A model generated the notes under the pieces. The model was not told the DNA's origin. It saw only the letters and a list, made by a program, of their open reading frames with translations, and did no database searches. Positions 1 to 10,751 of a stretch of DNA of 64,000 bases are shown here, piece after piece; within the stretch, counting starts at the first letter, position 1, and each line of letters begins with the position of its first letter. Source of the DNA: Macrostomum lignano (Eukaryota); contig NIVC01000975.1 in the NCBI GenBank assembly GCA_002269645.1, positions 124,001-188,000 of the forward strand, read 5' to 3'. A program made the translations under genes and the position numbers.

Positions 1-2
1 AC

Positions 3-737
3 ATTGCTTCCAGATATAAGGAAGCTCGCCCACTCAAGACGAAGAAGTCAGAAGCAGTTGCAGCCGCCCTCCAAGATATTTATAAAAACTCACCCCTTAG
101 TTACCCTGAAATCTTTATGACGGACCCGGGTAAAGAATTCATGGGTGCAGTGATATCACTTCTACATAAGTATGACACAAAAATTCGCTATGGAAGAACT
201 GAGCTCCACAGAGACCAGGCTTTTGTGGAAAGATTCAATCTAACTCTAGCCAAGAGGCTATTCACTAAGCAGACAGCAGAGGAGCTGAAACTAAAAGGTG
301 GCCAATACTATACCAAGTGGACAGACCGGCTCCCCACTGTTATAGAGCAACTGAACAATGAAGTCACGCGCATGACTGGATTGAAACCGTCCCATGCAAT
401 TAAACAAGACACTGTCGAACTTAAGTCATCTCATAGAACAGACACCTCAAACTACCCTAAGCTTCCAGGAGTTGAATCACCATACATACTGACAAACTCT
501 GAGTTTCTACGCTTTTTATATCTACCTGGAGAGCTAGAGAAAGACACCAAAAGAAGAGCTACAGATCCATACTTCAGCCTTGATGTACATAAAATAGACA
601 GACATTTTACCTCCGACTCTGGAGACTATTACTTTTTATCTCAAACCTTTAACCCTAAATCCCCCACGCGGTCATTCACTAGAGCTGAACTCCAGCCGTA
701 CCAGCTGACACGGAAATTAATTAAAATATTAAAATAA
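3..737 (+). CDS. Polinton rve integrase, left-arm copy, 5'-truncated by the window edge
   Basis: Mirror of 7608-8342. Carries the motifs IASRY, MTDPGKEF and QAFVERFNLTL. Confidence 0.9.
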   Translation: MASRYKEARPLKTKKSEAVAAALQDIYKNSPLSYPEIFMTDPGKEFMGAVISLLHKYDTKIRYGRTELHRDQAFVERFNLTLAKRLFTKQTAEELKLKGGQYYTKWTDRLPTVIEQLNNEVTRMTGLKPSHAIKQDTVELKSSHRTDTSNYPKLPGVESPYILTNSEFLRFLYLPGELEKDTKRRATDPYFSLDVHKIDRHFTSDSGDYYFLSQTFNPKSPTRSFTRAELQPYQLTRKLIKILK

Positions 738-740
738 AAA

Positions 741-1199
741 ATGACAAAGATTGAAACCAGAACCATCAATAAACTCAATAAAATCATTGAATCAAAGAGA
801 CCAGGTCTTATATCAATAAAAGGTGCCAAAGTAAAAGTCGATCCCGTGCAGCAAATAGTTCAATGTAATGAACAAAGACACAGCATCACAGATGAAAAGT
901 CAGGAGGAATCCTACCATTAGCAGCTCTTATTCCGATCATTGCAGGCGCTGTGAGTGCCGCAGGTGGTGTAGCTGGAGGTGTAGCAACTGCTGTTAAAGC
1001 TGGGAATGATAGAGCCCACCAGCTAGAATTGCAAAAGATTGCAAGAGACAAAGGTATAACAATTAAGGCAGGAGAGGGCTGCCCTGAGGGCTGCCCGGAT
1101 CGTGATGATTGTGAGAATGAAAATTCTATAAGCAAGTCTGACATTGTCAAAGCTATCATGACACTGCACAATGCTGGGTTTACAATAATGCGCATGTGA
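741..1199 (+). CDS. Small virion protein with adenovirus protein X (pX/mu)-like hydrophobic segment, left-arm copy
   Basis: SGG|ILPLAALIPIIAGAVSAAGGVAGGVATAV resembles the adenovirus pX C-terminus (RGG|ILPLLIPLIAAAIGAVPGIASVAL, recalled). The start context is AAAAATG, 3 nt after the integrase stop. Confidence 0.75.
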   Translation: MTKIETRTINKLNKIIESKRPGLISIKGAKVKVDPVQQIVQCNEQRHSITDEKSGGILPLAALIPIIAGAVSAAGGVAGGVATAVKAGNDRAHQLELQKIARDKGITIKAGEGCPEGCPDRDDCENENSISKSDIVKAIMTLHNAGFTIMRM

Positions 1200-1323
1200 T
1201 GAGGTTTAAAACCCCACTTTATCCAGCTTCATAAACCTAACACTACTTATAGGATGTAGAAACAGTTCAACTTTTCTATCAGGGTGGTCACCCTCAAAAT
1301 TTTTTTTTATTTTATAGAAAAAA

Positions 1324-4300
1324 ATGCCAAAAGCTAATCCAGCAAAAGATTTAGTCAACAGATATTTTTCAAAAGGCGTCTCATTTCAAGACAAAAGTAA
1401 TTTACTAAGAGAAGCATGTAAACAAAAGTTTAACACCGACCCTGGTCACCTGGGAAGCTATGAAAAACAGTTGGAAATCATCAATCAATTAGAATCCAAC
1501 CAGTATGCGCCTATACAAAATCCTGCAAAGGAACACCAAGAGAGGAGTCGCAACTTAGTTAACAAATACGAAACTCTCACTGGTGAAAAAGCAAAGTACC
1601 CACAAAATAAGCAGGAACAAGAGAAATTAGAGCAATTAATCCATTTAAAAGAGTCGGAGCTTGCCATTGAAGAGATTAATTTTGCACAGAGAAAGTTTAC
1701 AGAACATTACATCGAGTACACAATCCCAATTAAGGATACCACCGCAAACATCTACGACTATAAAGACAGCATCCAATCAGTTGTTGATCACACACTCAAA
1801 ACACGCAAGACCTTTAAACTACAGATATCATTCAAGATTGCATTTTATATGCCTGCAAAACCCACTGAGCATCTCGAGTATTACATGACAACAAAGGCAA
1901 AGCCATTCACCCCTACAGACACACTGGATCCTTTCCTTCAAGATGTCACTAAGAAAATTGAAGCGTTTACATCCAGAGGTTCCGGATGGGTCGTAGGAGG
2001 GATTCAAAGAGCGACTGTCATGGTCATGAAATATGACCCACTTAAAGCCTCCTCTTATATAGAGCTCCCACACAAGCTAGCCGGCAAAAAAGCTTGCATA
2101 AATGTTAAAAATAAAGACAATTGCTGTGCTCTATGGGCAGTTCTTTCTGCACTTTTTCATGATAGTGTCCCTCACCACCCTGAAAGAACCTCAAATTATC
2201 AAAATTATTTCAACTACTATCTCATTGAATGCGAAAAGAAGGGAATCAGGTTTGACAAAGGAGGCTTGGCGATCTCTCAGATCCCAAAGCTGGAAGAGGT
2301 GTTTAATAACAAAATTAGAATCACAGTCTTTGAGTGGAGTGAAAAAACTGAGAAAGTTCAACCGGTCAGATGTAGCAAAGACGTTTTAGATCCTGAGGGG
2401 AAAAGGCGGACTGAAGTGGATCTTCTAGTGATTGGTAATTTACTAGAGGAGGCTCACTATGTTTGGGTTAAAGATCTTTCAAGACTCATTCACAAGCAAT
2501 TGAATAATCATCACGAGGCTGTTGCCATCTGCCGCTTGTGCCTTAAGCATTACAGTGGACCTGAACGCTTTGAAAAACTAACAGAGCACGAATTATCGTG
2601 CGAGGATCACCCAACAAACTGCTCTCTTCCTTCAGCTGAAGAGAAGTATCTTCGGTTTAAGAACTATCACAAGATGGAGAAGCTCCCATTTGTTGTATAT
2701 GCTGATTTCGAATGCTCAATCGTGCCGGAAACACAAAAACAAACTCAAACTCAAAAACATGTCCCCAATTCAGTAGCATATGCCTTTATTAATACAAAAG
2801 GACTTGTTGAGGATAATTATTTCTTTGGAGAGCAGTGTGTGGAGCAGTTTATTGCCAGAATGTTAGAGTTGCAAAAAGTTATTAGCACCCTTCAACCTGT
2901 TCCAATAATGATGACTGAGGAGGATGAAAGCAATTTCCTATCAGCAACTCATTGCCACATCTGCAGGAAACATTTAACTTGCACTAATATTAAAAACCCC
3001 ACCGTTAGGGACCACTGCCACTTTACTGGGAAATTTAGAGGTGCAGCGCATAGCACCTGTAATCTAAAGCTAAAATCGAACATTCATGATCTAACGATAT
3101 TTTGTCACAACGCAAAAAACTATGACATGCATTTAATAGTTGAAAAAATCGGCATGATTCCAGACATACACCTTGACTGCATCGCAGAGAACAAGGAGAA
3201 GTTTAAGTGTGTTGATATTAAACAGGATAATTCGGGTACAGGTAAAATAAGACTGAAGGATTCATATCAATTTCTAGCTGCCAGTCTAGACGAACTAAGC
3301 AAGAATCTAAAAGATGAACAATGTACATATACAAAGATGTTTGCAAGTAAAATTTACAACAGTGATGAATCATTTAAACTCCTGAGAACCAAAGGCTTCT
3401 ATCCCTATGAAAATATTACTGGGTATCACGTATTTGAAGAAGGTTTACCACCACAAGAAAAGTTCTTTTCAAAGCTAACAGACTCTGGAATCTCTGACAA
3501 AGACTATGAGCACGCGAAGCATGTCTATAATTACTTTAATTGTCAAAACTTCTTCCAGTATCACCTGCTTTACCTCTTCACAGATGTGTTTCTGCTGGCC
3601 GATGTGTTTGAAACCTTCAGATATACCTGGTACACAGCATATGGCCTCGATCCTGCACATTATGTGTCCCTGCCTGCCACTAGCTGGGAATCTTTGCTTA
3701 AAATGAAATGGGATCAAGATCCAGATTGGTACATTGAACTTCTTACAGACATTGACATGTACAATTTTGTCGAATCGTCAAAACGAGGGGGGATCTCAAT
3801 TTGCGTTAACAGGTATGCAAAAGCAAACAATCCCTACATTGAATCTTACAATAAGGAGCAGCCCTCAAACTACATTACTTACTTGGACGCTAATAATCTC
3901 TACGGGTGGGCGATGAGTCAAGATCTTCCAGTTAGAGATTTTCGATGGCTACCCTCATCAGAATTCAAACAGGACTTTTCATTGGCTGCCATTTATGAAG
4001 TTGATGTTTACCGTACATTCCACCAGAGCTTCACGACTATTTCTCTGACTTTCCACCCTTCCCAGAGAACATTAAGTGCCCGAAAATAATCGAAACTCCC
4101 AATGATAATAATGGAACTTGGCACCTGTCAGGAACAGAAAAAGAACATACAGAGAAACTAACACAGAATCTAAACAACAAGACACGTTACAAAATCCATT
4201 ACAAACTGCTTCAGTATTTTATCTCACTTGGTTGCAGGGTCACCAAAGTTCACCGGGCTCTTACATTTACAGAGGAAGCGTGGATGAAACCCTACATTGA

Positions 4301-4424
4301 TAAGAACACCCAGTTTAGGACCAAAGCAACCAACGACTTTGACAAGAACCTCTTTAAGTTGGCCAACAACTCTGTCTATGGCAAGACTCTTGAGAATGAG
4401 CGGAAAAGAACAAACCTGAGATCT
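1324..4424 (+). pseudogene. Protein-primed B-family DNA polymerase (pPolB), one frameshift near 4009-4013, truncated at the fold-back
   Basis: ExoI VYADFEC, ExoII FCHNAKNYD, the EndoVII-like RDHCHFTGKFRGAAH segment and motif A YLDANNLYGWAM are in frame 1. After the shift, frame 3 (4014-4424) reads YIPPELHDYFSD...KLANNSVYGK (motif B). Motif C is absent. Confidence 0.92.
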
Positions 4425-7021
4425 TGACTCATCGCCCACCCGTAGAGATTATTAGCGTCCAAGTAAGTAATGTAGTTTGAGGGCTGCTCCTTATTGTAAG
4501 ATTCAATGTAGGGATTGTTTGCTTTTGCATACCTGTTAACGCAAATTGAGATCCCCCCTCGCTTTGACGATTCGACAAAATTGTACATGTCAATGTCTGT
4601 AAGAAGTTCAATGTACCAATCTGGATCTTGATCCCATTTCATTTTAAGCAAAGATTCCCAGCTAGTGGCAGGCAGGGACACATAATGTGCAGGATCGAGG
4701 CCATATGCTGTGTACCAGGTATATCTGAAGGTTTCAAACACATCGGCCAGCAGAAACACATCTGTGAAGAGGTAAAGCAGGTGATACTGGAAGAAGTTTT
4801 GACAATTAAAGTAATTATAGACATGCTTCGCGTGCTCATAGTCTTTGTCAGAGATTCCAGAGTCTGTTAGCTTTGAAAAGAACTTTTCTTGTGGTGGTAA
4901 ACCTTCTTCAAATACGTGATACCCAGTAATATTTTCATAGGGATAGAAGCCTTTGGTTCTCAGGAGTTTAAATGATTCATCACTGTTGTAAATTTTACTT
5001 GCAAACATCTTTGTATATGTACATTGTTCATCTTTTAGATTCTTGCTTAGTTCGTCTAGACTGGCAGCTAGAAATTGATATGAATCCTTCAGTCTTATTT
5101 TACCTGTACCCGAATTATCCTGTTTAATATCAACACACTTAAACTTCTCCTTGTTCTCTGCGATGCAGTCAAGGTGTATGTCTGGAATCATGCCGATTTT
5201 TTCAACTATTAAATGCATGTCATAGTTTTTTGCGTTGTGACAAAATATCGTTAGATCATGAATGTTCGATTTTAGCTTTAGATTACAGGTGCTATGCGCT
5301 GCACCTCTAAATTTCCCAGTAAAGTGGCAGTGGTCCCTAACGGTGGGGTTTTTAATATTAGTGCAAGTTAAATGTTTCCTGCAGATGTGGCAATGAGTTG
5401 CTGATAGGAAATTGCTTTCATCCTCCTCAGTCATCATTATTGGAACAGGTTGAAGGGTGCTAATAACTTTTTGCAACTCTAACATTCTGGCAATAAACTG
5501 CTCCACACACTGCTCTCCAAAGAAATAATTATCCTCAACAAGTCCTTTTGTATTAATAAAGGCATATGCTACTGAATTGGGGACATGTTTTTGAGTTTGA
5601 GTTTGTTTTTGTGTTTCCGGCACGATTGAGCATTCGAAATCAGCATATACAACAAATGGGAGCTTCTCCATCTTGTGATAGTTCTTAAACCGAAGATACT
5701 TCTCTTCAGCTGAAGGAAGAGAGCAGTTTGTTGGGTGATCCTCGCACGATAATTCGTGCTCTGTTAGTTTTTCAAAGCGTTCAGGTCCACTGTAATGCTT
5801 AAGGCACAAGCGGCAGATGGCAACAGCCTCGTGATGATTATTCAATTGCTTGTGAATGAGTCTTGAAAGATCTTTAACCCAAACATAGTGAGCCTCCTCT
5901 AGTAAATTACCAATCACTAGAAGATCCACTTCAGTCCGCCTTTTCCCCTCAGGATCTAAAACGTCTTTGCTACATCTGACCGGTTGAACTTTCTCAGTTT
6001 TTTCACTCCACTCAAAGACTGTGATTCTAATTTTGTTATTAAACACCTCTTCCAGCTTTGGGATCTGAGAGATCGCCAAGCCTCCTTTGTCAAACCTGAT
6101 TCCCTTCTTTTCGCATTCAATGAGATAGTAGTTGAAATAATTTTGATAATTTGAGGTTCTTTCAGGGTGGTGAGGGACACTATCATGAAAAAGTGCAGAA
6201 AGAACTGCCCATAGAGCACAGCAATTGTCTTTATTTTTAACATTTATGCAAGCTTTTTTGCCGGCTAGCTTGTGTGGGAGCTCTATATAAGAGGAGGCTT
6301 TAAGTGGGTCATATTTCATGACCATGACAGTCGCTCTTTGAATCCCTCCTACGACCCATCCGGAACCTCTGGATGTAAACGCTTCAATTTTCTTAGTGAC
6401 ATCTTGAAGGAAAGGATCCAGTGTGTCTGTAGGGGTGAATGGCTTTGCCTTTGTTGTCATGTAATACTCGAGATGCTCAGTGGGTTTTGCAGGCATATAA
6501 AATGCAATCTTGAATGATATCTGTAGTTTAAAGGTCTTGCGTGTTTTGAGTGTGTGATCAACAACTGATTGGATGCTGTCTTTATAGTCGTAGATGTTTG
6601 CGGTGGTATCCTTAATTGGGATTGTGTACTCGATGTAATGTTCTGTAAACTTTCTCTGTGCAAAATTAATCTCTTCAATGGCAAGCTCCGACTCTTTTAA
6701 ATGGATTAATTGCTCTAATTTCTCTTGTTCCTGCTTATTTTGTGGGTACTTTGCTTTTTCACCAGTGAGAGTTTCGTATTTGTTAACTAAGTTGCGACTC
6801 CTCTCTTGGTGTTCCTTTGCAGGATTTTGTATAGGCGCATACTGGTTGGATTCTAATTGATTGATGATTTCCAACTGTTTTTCATAGCTTCCCAGGTGAC
6901 CAGGGTCGGTGTTAAACTTTTGTTTACATGCTTCTCTTAGTAAATTACTTTTGTCTTGAAATGAGACGCCTTTTGAAAAATATCTGTTGACTAAATCTTT
7001 TGCTGGATTAGCTTTTGGCAT
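4419..7021 (-). pseudogene. pPolB, right-arm copy, truncated just after motif A
   Basis: Its translation matches the left copy up to MSQDL, then reads into the antisense of the spacer and stops at 4376. Confidence 0.92.
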
Positions 7022-7145
7022 TTTTTTCTATAAAATAAAAAAAAATTTTGAGGGTGACCACCCTGATAGAAAAGTTGAACTGTTTCTACATCCTATAAGT
7101 AGTGTTAGGTTTATGAAGCTGGATAAAGTGGGGTTTTAAACCTCA

Positions 7146-7604
7146 TCACATGCGCATTATTGTAAACCCAGCATTGTGCAGTGTCATGATAGCTTTGACA
7201 ATGTCAGACTTGCTTATAGAATTTTCATTCTCACAATCATCACGATCCGGGCAGCCCTCAGGGCAGCCCTCTCCTGCCTTAATTGTTATACCTTTGTCTC
7301 TTGCAATCTTTTGCAATTCTAGCTGGTGGGCTCTATCATTCCCAGCTTTAACAGCAGTTGCTACACCTCCAGCTACACCACCTGCGGCACTCACAGCGCC
7401 TGCAATGATCGGAATAAGAGCTGCTAATGGTAGGATTCCTCCTGACTTTTCATCTGTGATGCTGTGTCTTTGTTCATTACATTGAACTATTTGCTGCACG
7501 GGATCGACTTTTACTTTGGCACCTTTTATTGATATAAGACCTGGTCTCTTTGATTCAATGATTTTATTGAGTTTATTGATGGTTCTGGTTTCAATCTTTG
7601 TCAT
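7146..7604 (-). CDS. pX-like small virion protein, right-arm copy
   Basis: Mirror of 741-1199, 152 aa. Confidence 0.75.
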   Translation of the reverse strand: MTKIETRTINKLNKIIESKRPGLISIKGAKVKVDPVQQIVQCNEQRHSITDEKSGGILPLAALIPIIAGAVSAAGGVAGGVATAVKAGNDRAHQLELQKIARDKGITIKAGEGCPEGCPDRDDCENENSISKSDIVKAIMTLHNAGFTIMRM

Positions 7605-7607
7605 TTT

Positions 7608-8615
7608 TTATTTTAATATTTTAATTAATTTCCGTGTCAGCTGGTACGGCTGGAGTTCAGCTCTAGTGAATGACCGCGTGGGGGATTTAGGGTTAAAGGT
7701 TTGAGATAAAAAGTAATAGTCTCCAGAGTCGGAGGTAAAATGTCTGTCTATTTTATGTACATCAAGGCTGAAGTATGGATCTGTAGCTCTTCTTTTGGTG
7801 TCTTTCTCTAGCTCTCCAGGTAGATATAAAAAGCGTAGAAACTCAGAGTTTGTCAGTATGTATGGTGATTCAACTCCTGGAAGCTTAGGGTAGTTTGAGG
7901 TGTCTGTTCTATGAGATGACTTAAGTTCGACAGTGTCTTGTTTAATTGCATGGGACGGTTTCAATCCAGTCATGCGCGTGACTTCATTGTTCAGTTGCTC
8001 TATAACAGTGGGGAGCCGGTCTGTCCACTTGGTATAGTATTGGCCACCTTTTAGTTTCAGCTCCTCTGCTGTCTGCTTAGTGAATAGCCTCTTGGCTAGA
8101 GTTAGATTGAATCTTTCCACAAAAGCCTGGTCTCTGTGGAGCTCAGTTCTTCCATAGCGAATTTTTGTGTCATACTTATGTAGAAGTGATATCACTGCAC
8201 CCATGAATTCTTTACCCGGGTCCGTCATAAAGATTTCAGGGTAACTAAGGGGTGAGTTTTTATAAATATCTTGGAGGGCGGCTGCAACTGCTTCTGACTT
8301 CTTCGTCTTGAGTGGGCGAGCTTCCTTATATCTGGAAGCAATGTCAATAATTGTAAGAGCATACTTGTAGCCTGAGTCGTTGGGGAGAAACAAAAGATCT
8401 GCTTGGTGCGCTTCATTAGGTTTATAGATGCTAAAGTGAGGTCTTGTAAATTTTACTGGTGGGAAATAGACTTGAAAGACAGCCTGCTTAGAGAGCCACT
8501 TTTCTACTTTAGCTTTTGGTTCCTTACTTAGTTCTGCGAGTTTGGTGACTGCATTTTTTCCTACAAAGAATCCTTTGTCGCTGTAGTAGAGTTTTTTAAG
8601 TTTCTGATCTGTCAT
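7608..8615 (-). CDS. Polinton retroviral-like (rve) integrase, full length (~335 aa)
   Basis: The DDE triad is intact (HQADL, MTDPG, VERFN) and YALTIIDIASRY is present. The likely start is MTDQKL at 8615, in AAAAAATG context. No C-terminal chromodomain is seen. Confidence 0.93.
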   Translation of the reverse strand: MTDQKLKKLYYSDKGFFVGKNAVTKLAELSKEPKAKVEKWLSKQAVFQVYFPPVKFTRPHFSIYKPNEAHQADLLFLPNDSGYKYALTIIDIASRYKEARPLKTKKSEAVAAALQDIYKNSPLSYPEIFMTDPGKEFMGAVISLLHKYDTKIRYGRTELHRDQAFVERFNLTLAKRLFTKQTAEELKLKGGQYYTKWTDRLPTVIEQLNNEVTRMTGLKPSHAIKQDTVELKSSHRTDTSNYPKLPGVESPYILTNSEFLRFLYLPGELEKDTKRRATDPYFSLDVHKIDRHFTSDSGDYYFLSQTFNPKSPTRSFTRAELQPYQLTRKLIKILK

Positions 8616-8645
8616 TTTTTGAAAAAGAAAATTTAAAATAAAATA

Positions 8646-9173
8646 ATGCAACGCTCTGGTGGTAAGTTAGATTCACATGGACTGATAGAAAAGCTTCCTC
8701 ATCCAAACAAAGGCTGGACACTTCCCGGCTATAAATATTGCGGGCCTTTGAATCCACTTGAAATACAGTTAGATAAAAACAATAATCCACATCCTGGGCA
8801 TGAGCCTGTGAACGAGCTAGACTCTGTCTGCATGTGGCACGATGTTAAATATAGAGATTTTCCTGAGGAGAAGAATCGCTGGGACAAAGAAATGCTTAAG
8901 AGACTAGACAATATAGGGGCTTAAAGCGGATTTCGTGAGTCGATTGCTCGGAAGCTAGTTAAAGCTGTTATTTTTAGTAAGGCAAAGTTGGGTTTGGGGG
9001 TTCAAGGCGAAGGTGGGTGTTTGGGGAGAGAGGGCGGGTGTGCGGAAAGAGAGGGCGGAGGCTTGGAAGCAGGGTTTATTTTGTGTGCTCCTAACAAGAA
9101 ATTGGGAAGACTGCTGAAAGAGCTGGGGGTAGAGAGAGCGCGCGTGGGGGAGAGAGATTTTCACTTTAACTGA
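8646..9173 (+). pseudogene. Parvovirus-type phospholipase A2 domain protein with an in-frame TAA at 8922-8924
   Basis: GYKYCGPLNP (Ca-binding loop-like) and DSVCMWHDVKY (HDxxY). After the TAA the same frame continues GFRESIARKLVKAVIFSKAKLGLG, the KxKLGxG-type ending typical of Polinton PLA2 ORFs. Confidence 0.8.
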
Positions 9174-9274
9174 GCCCAGCCGGGGAAGAATTCCGTCTCG
9201 AGTGAAGGCCAGAATGCAAAGGATTTCGGCCTCGCGCGAGGCCAAAATGAAAACGATTTTGGCCTTTCAGTTTT

Positions 9275-9517
9275 TTAACGCAATTGCTTAATGATTTCTG
9301 CAAAGTTATAGTAGCTGTCGTAATCTTTTACATAGGTTACTCCATACTTATGAAACCAGTGTCTTTGGAGAGCTAGATTAATATTAGGGACATTGATATG
9401 AACGTCGGGCCAATATTTTCTCATGTACTCGCTGCATTCTAGTTTGCATCGGTACTTGGATTTGTACAATGGATGAGGCTGAGTATAATAGGAACCTGGA
9501 GAGACAACTGGAAACAT
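9275..9517 (-). CDS. Small orphan ORF (80 aa) of the Polinton-like element
   Basis: It has the same AATAAAAATG start context as the neighbouring viral genes. No recognisable domain. Confidence 0.5.
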   Translation of the reverse strand: MFPVVSPGSYYTQPHPLYKSKYRCKLECSEYMRKYWPDVHINVPNINLALQRHWFHKYGVTYVKDYDSYYNFAEIIKQLR

Positions 9518-9728
9518 TTTTATTGAGAATTTATTTTTTTTTCAAAGGGTAAGGACCCTGGGTTAGGGGGTTTAAAGTCTTTGGGATCTGGTTTCGTGTT
9601 GCGAATTGAATGTGGGGAGAAGAATGCAGATTATTTTCTGATTGTCTCGAAGATGCTATGGGTGGATTTGGAGCTGTTATGCTCAGAGCATAAACCCTCA
9701 GAGCATAACAGTAGGACACCTGTTATGC

Positions 9729-9860
9729 TCTGATTCTGTCAGAGATAATATGGATGGATTTAATGGGATTATGGAGGACGTTTTGTGAGCGAGTGCGACC
9801 CCCCTTTTTTTCTGATTCTGTCAGGGATAATATGGATGGATTTAATGGGATTATGGAGGA
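9729..9860. repeat. Two 50-bp direct repeats (9729-9778, 9811-9860) preceded by a palindromic GAGCATAA motif cluster
   Basis: tctgattctgtcag(a/g)gataatatggatggatttaatgggattatggagga occurs twice. A 14-bp hairpin pairs 9698-9711 with 9720-9733. Confidence 0.85.
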
Positions 9861-10751
9861 AGTGAAAAATTTTGTCCCAGAAGCCCCCTCATGCCTACTA
9901 CTCCTATAGAATCTTACTATAACCATGATTCTGGATAAAAGAAACAATATGAATAGAACAGAAATCGGTCCGAGAACGCACTGTTATTCTGAGTCGAAGA
10001 AAGTACAACAAAACAATTTTAACGCTGTAGTAATTTTGAGCACATGTTAGCCACCTCTAACATTCGAATTCAAAGTTAATAAATTATATCGTTCGCCGCA
10101 GTGGTCTTTTGCTAAAATGGGCTGAAACCCATTAATGACACTGTTTTAAACGGCAATAACGAATTGGTTCAGGCTGTATATACAGCGGTGCCAATTAAAA
10201 GCGTCAATAGTTTAGCCAAGTCCGAAATTTCTCTACGATTAAGTAATTAACCATATCGATTCTTCCCTCAGCTGAAAATCATAAAGCATTCTGGATAGGT
10301 TTGCTGTTCGAACTTAGAAGTCTCTAGCTTTGCTAAACAGGATCATATCATGGGCAATACTATATTCATGAATTCATGATATTTTAATTATATCCATGAT
10401 CGATACCAAGAAGCGCACTTTAACGTACGTCGAATGTAGAAAACGCATTGTTTTATTTCAATTTTTATGCAATTTAAATGAGCAAACTACTTACAGACAG
10501 ACAAACTACTGAGAAAGCCAAACAGGCTTCTTGCCTGAGCCAAACTTACTACTTCTACTACTACTACTTTGTCAGTAAACTTTCTTTGTTTTTGTTATAA
10601 CGTGAATTACAATGCGTACATTTAAAATTAATAACGTGCTAAGCGTACATATTAAAAATATTACGCATTTGTTTCCCCATTGATATTCGCATTGATATTC
10701 GAATTTTAACAAAAGCAAAATACTAAAAACAACCAGTACAAGTAAAACTTC

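Larger units (their letters stand above)
1..8344. repeat. Large inverted duplication: arms 1-3926 and 4419-8344, unique 492-bp spacer 3927-4418
   Basis: Position x pairs with 8345-x (acattgcttcc at 1 versus ggaagcaatgt ending at 8344). The ORF track is mirrored. The arms end at AGATCT (3921-3926 and 4419-4424). I noticed one mismatch (3783/4562). Confidence 0.97.
1..9950. mobile_element. Polinton/Maverick (Adintovirus-like) endogenous viral segment, partial and rearranged
   Basis: Clustered intronless AT-rich ORFs: rve integrase, pPolB, adenovirus pX-like and PLA2-like genes. No capsid, packaging ATPase or adenain gene and no TIR are seen in the window. The right boundary is approximate. Confidence 0.9.

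Noticed and set aside
4419-4424. Junction as a Hi-C or restriction-ligation scar
   Set aside because: A filled-in MboI/DpnII junction would give GATCGATC, which is not present. Simple BglII religation cannot be excluded but is less parsimonious than template switching.
9729-9860. Two 50-bp repeats with a 32-bp spacer looked like a mini-CRISPR
   Set aside because: Only two repeats, longer than typical CRISPR repeats, no cas genes, and a eukaryotic viral context.
10545-10568. (CTA)n run as the Polinton ACTACT right terminus
   Set aside because: No partner TIR is available in the window to test it. It could equally be a retroposon microsatellite tail.
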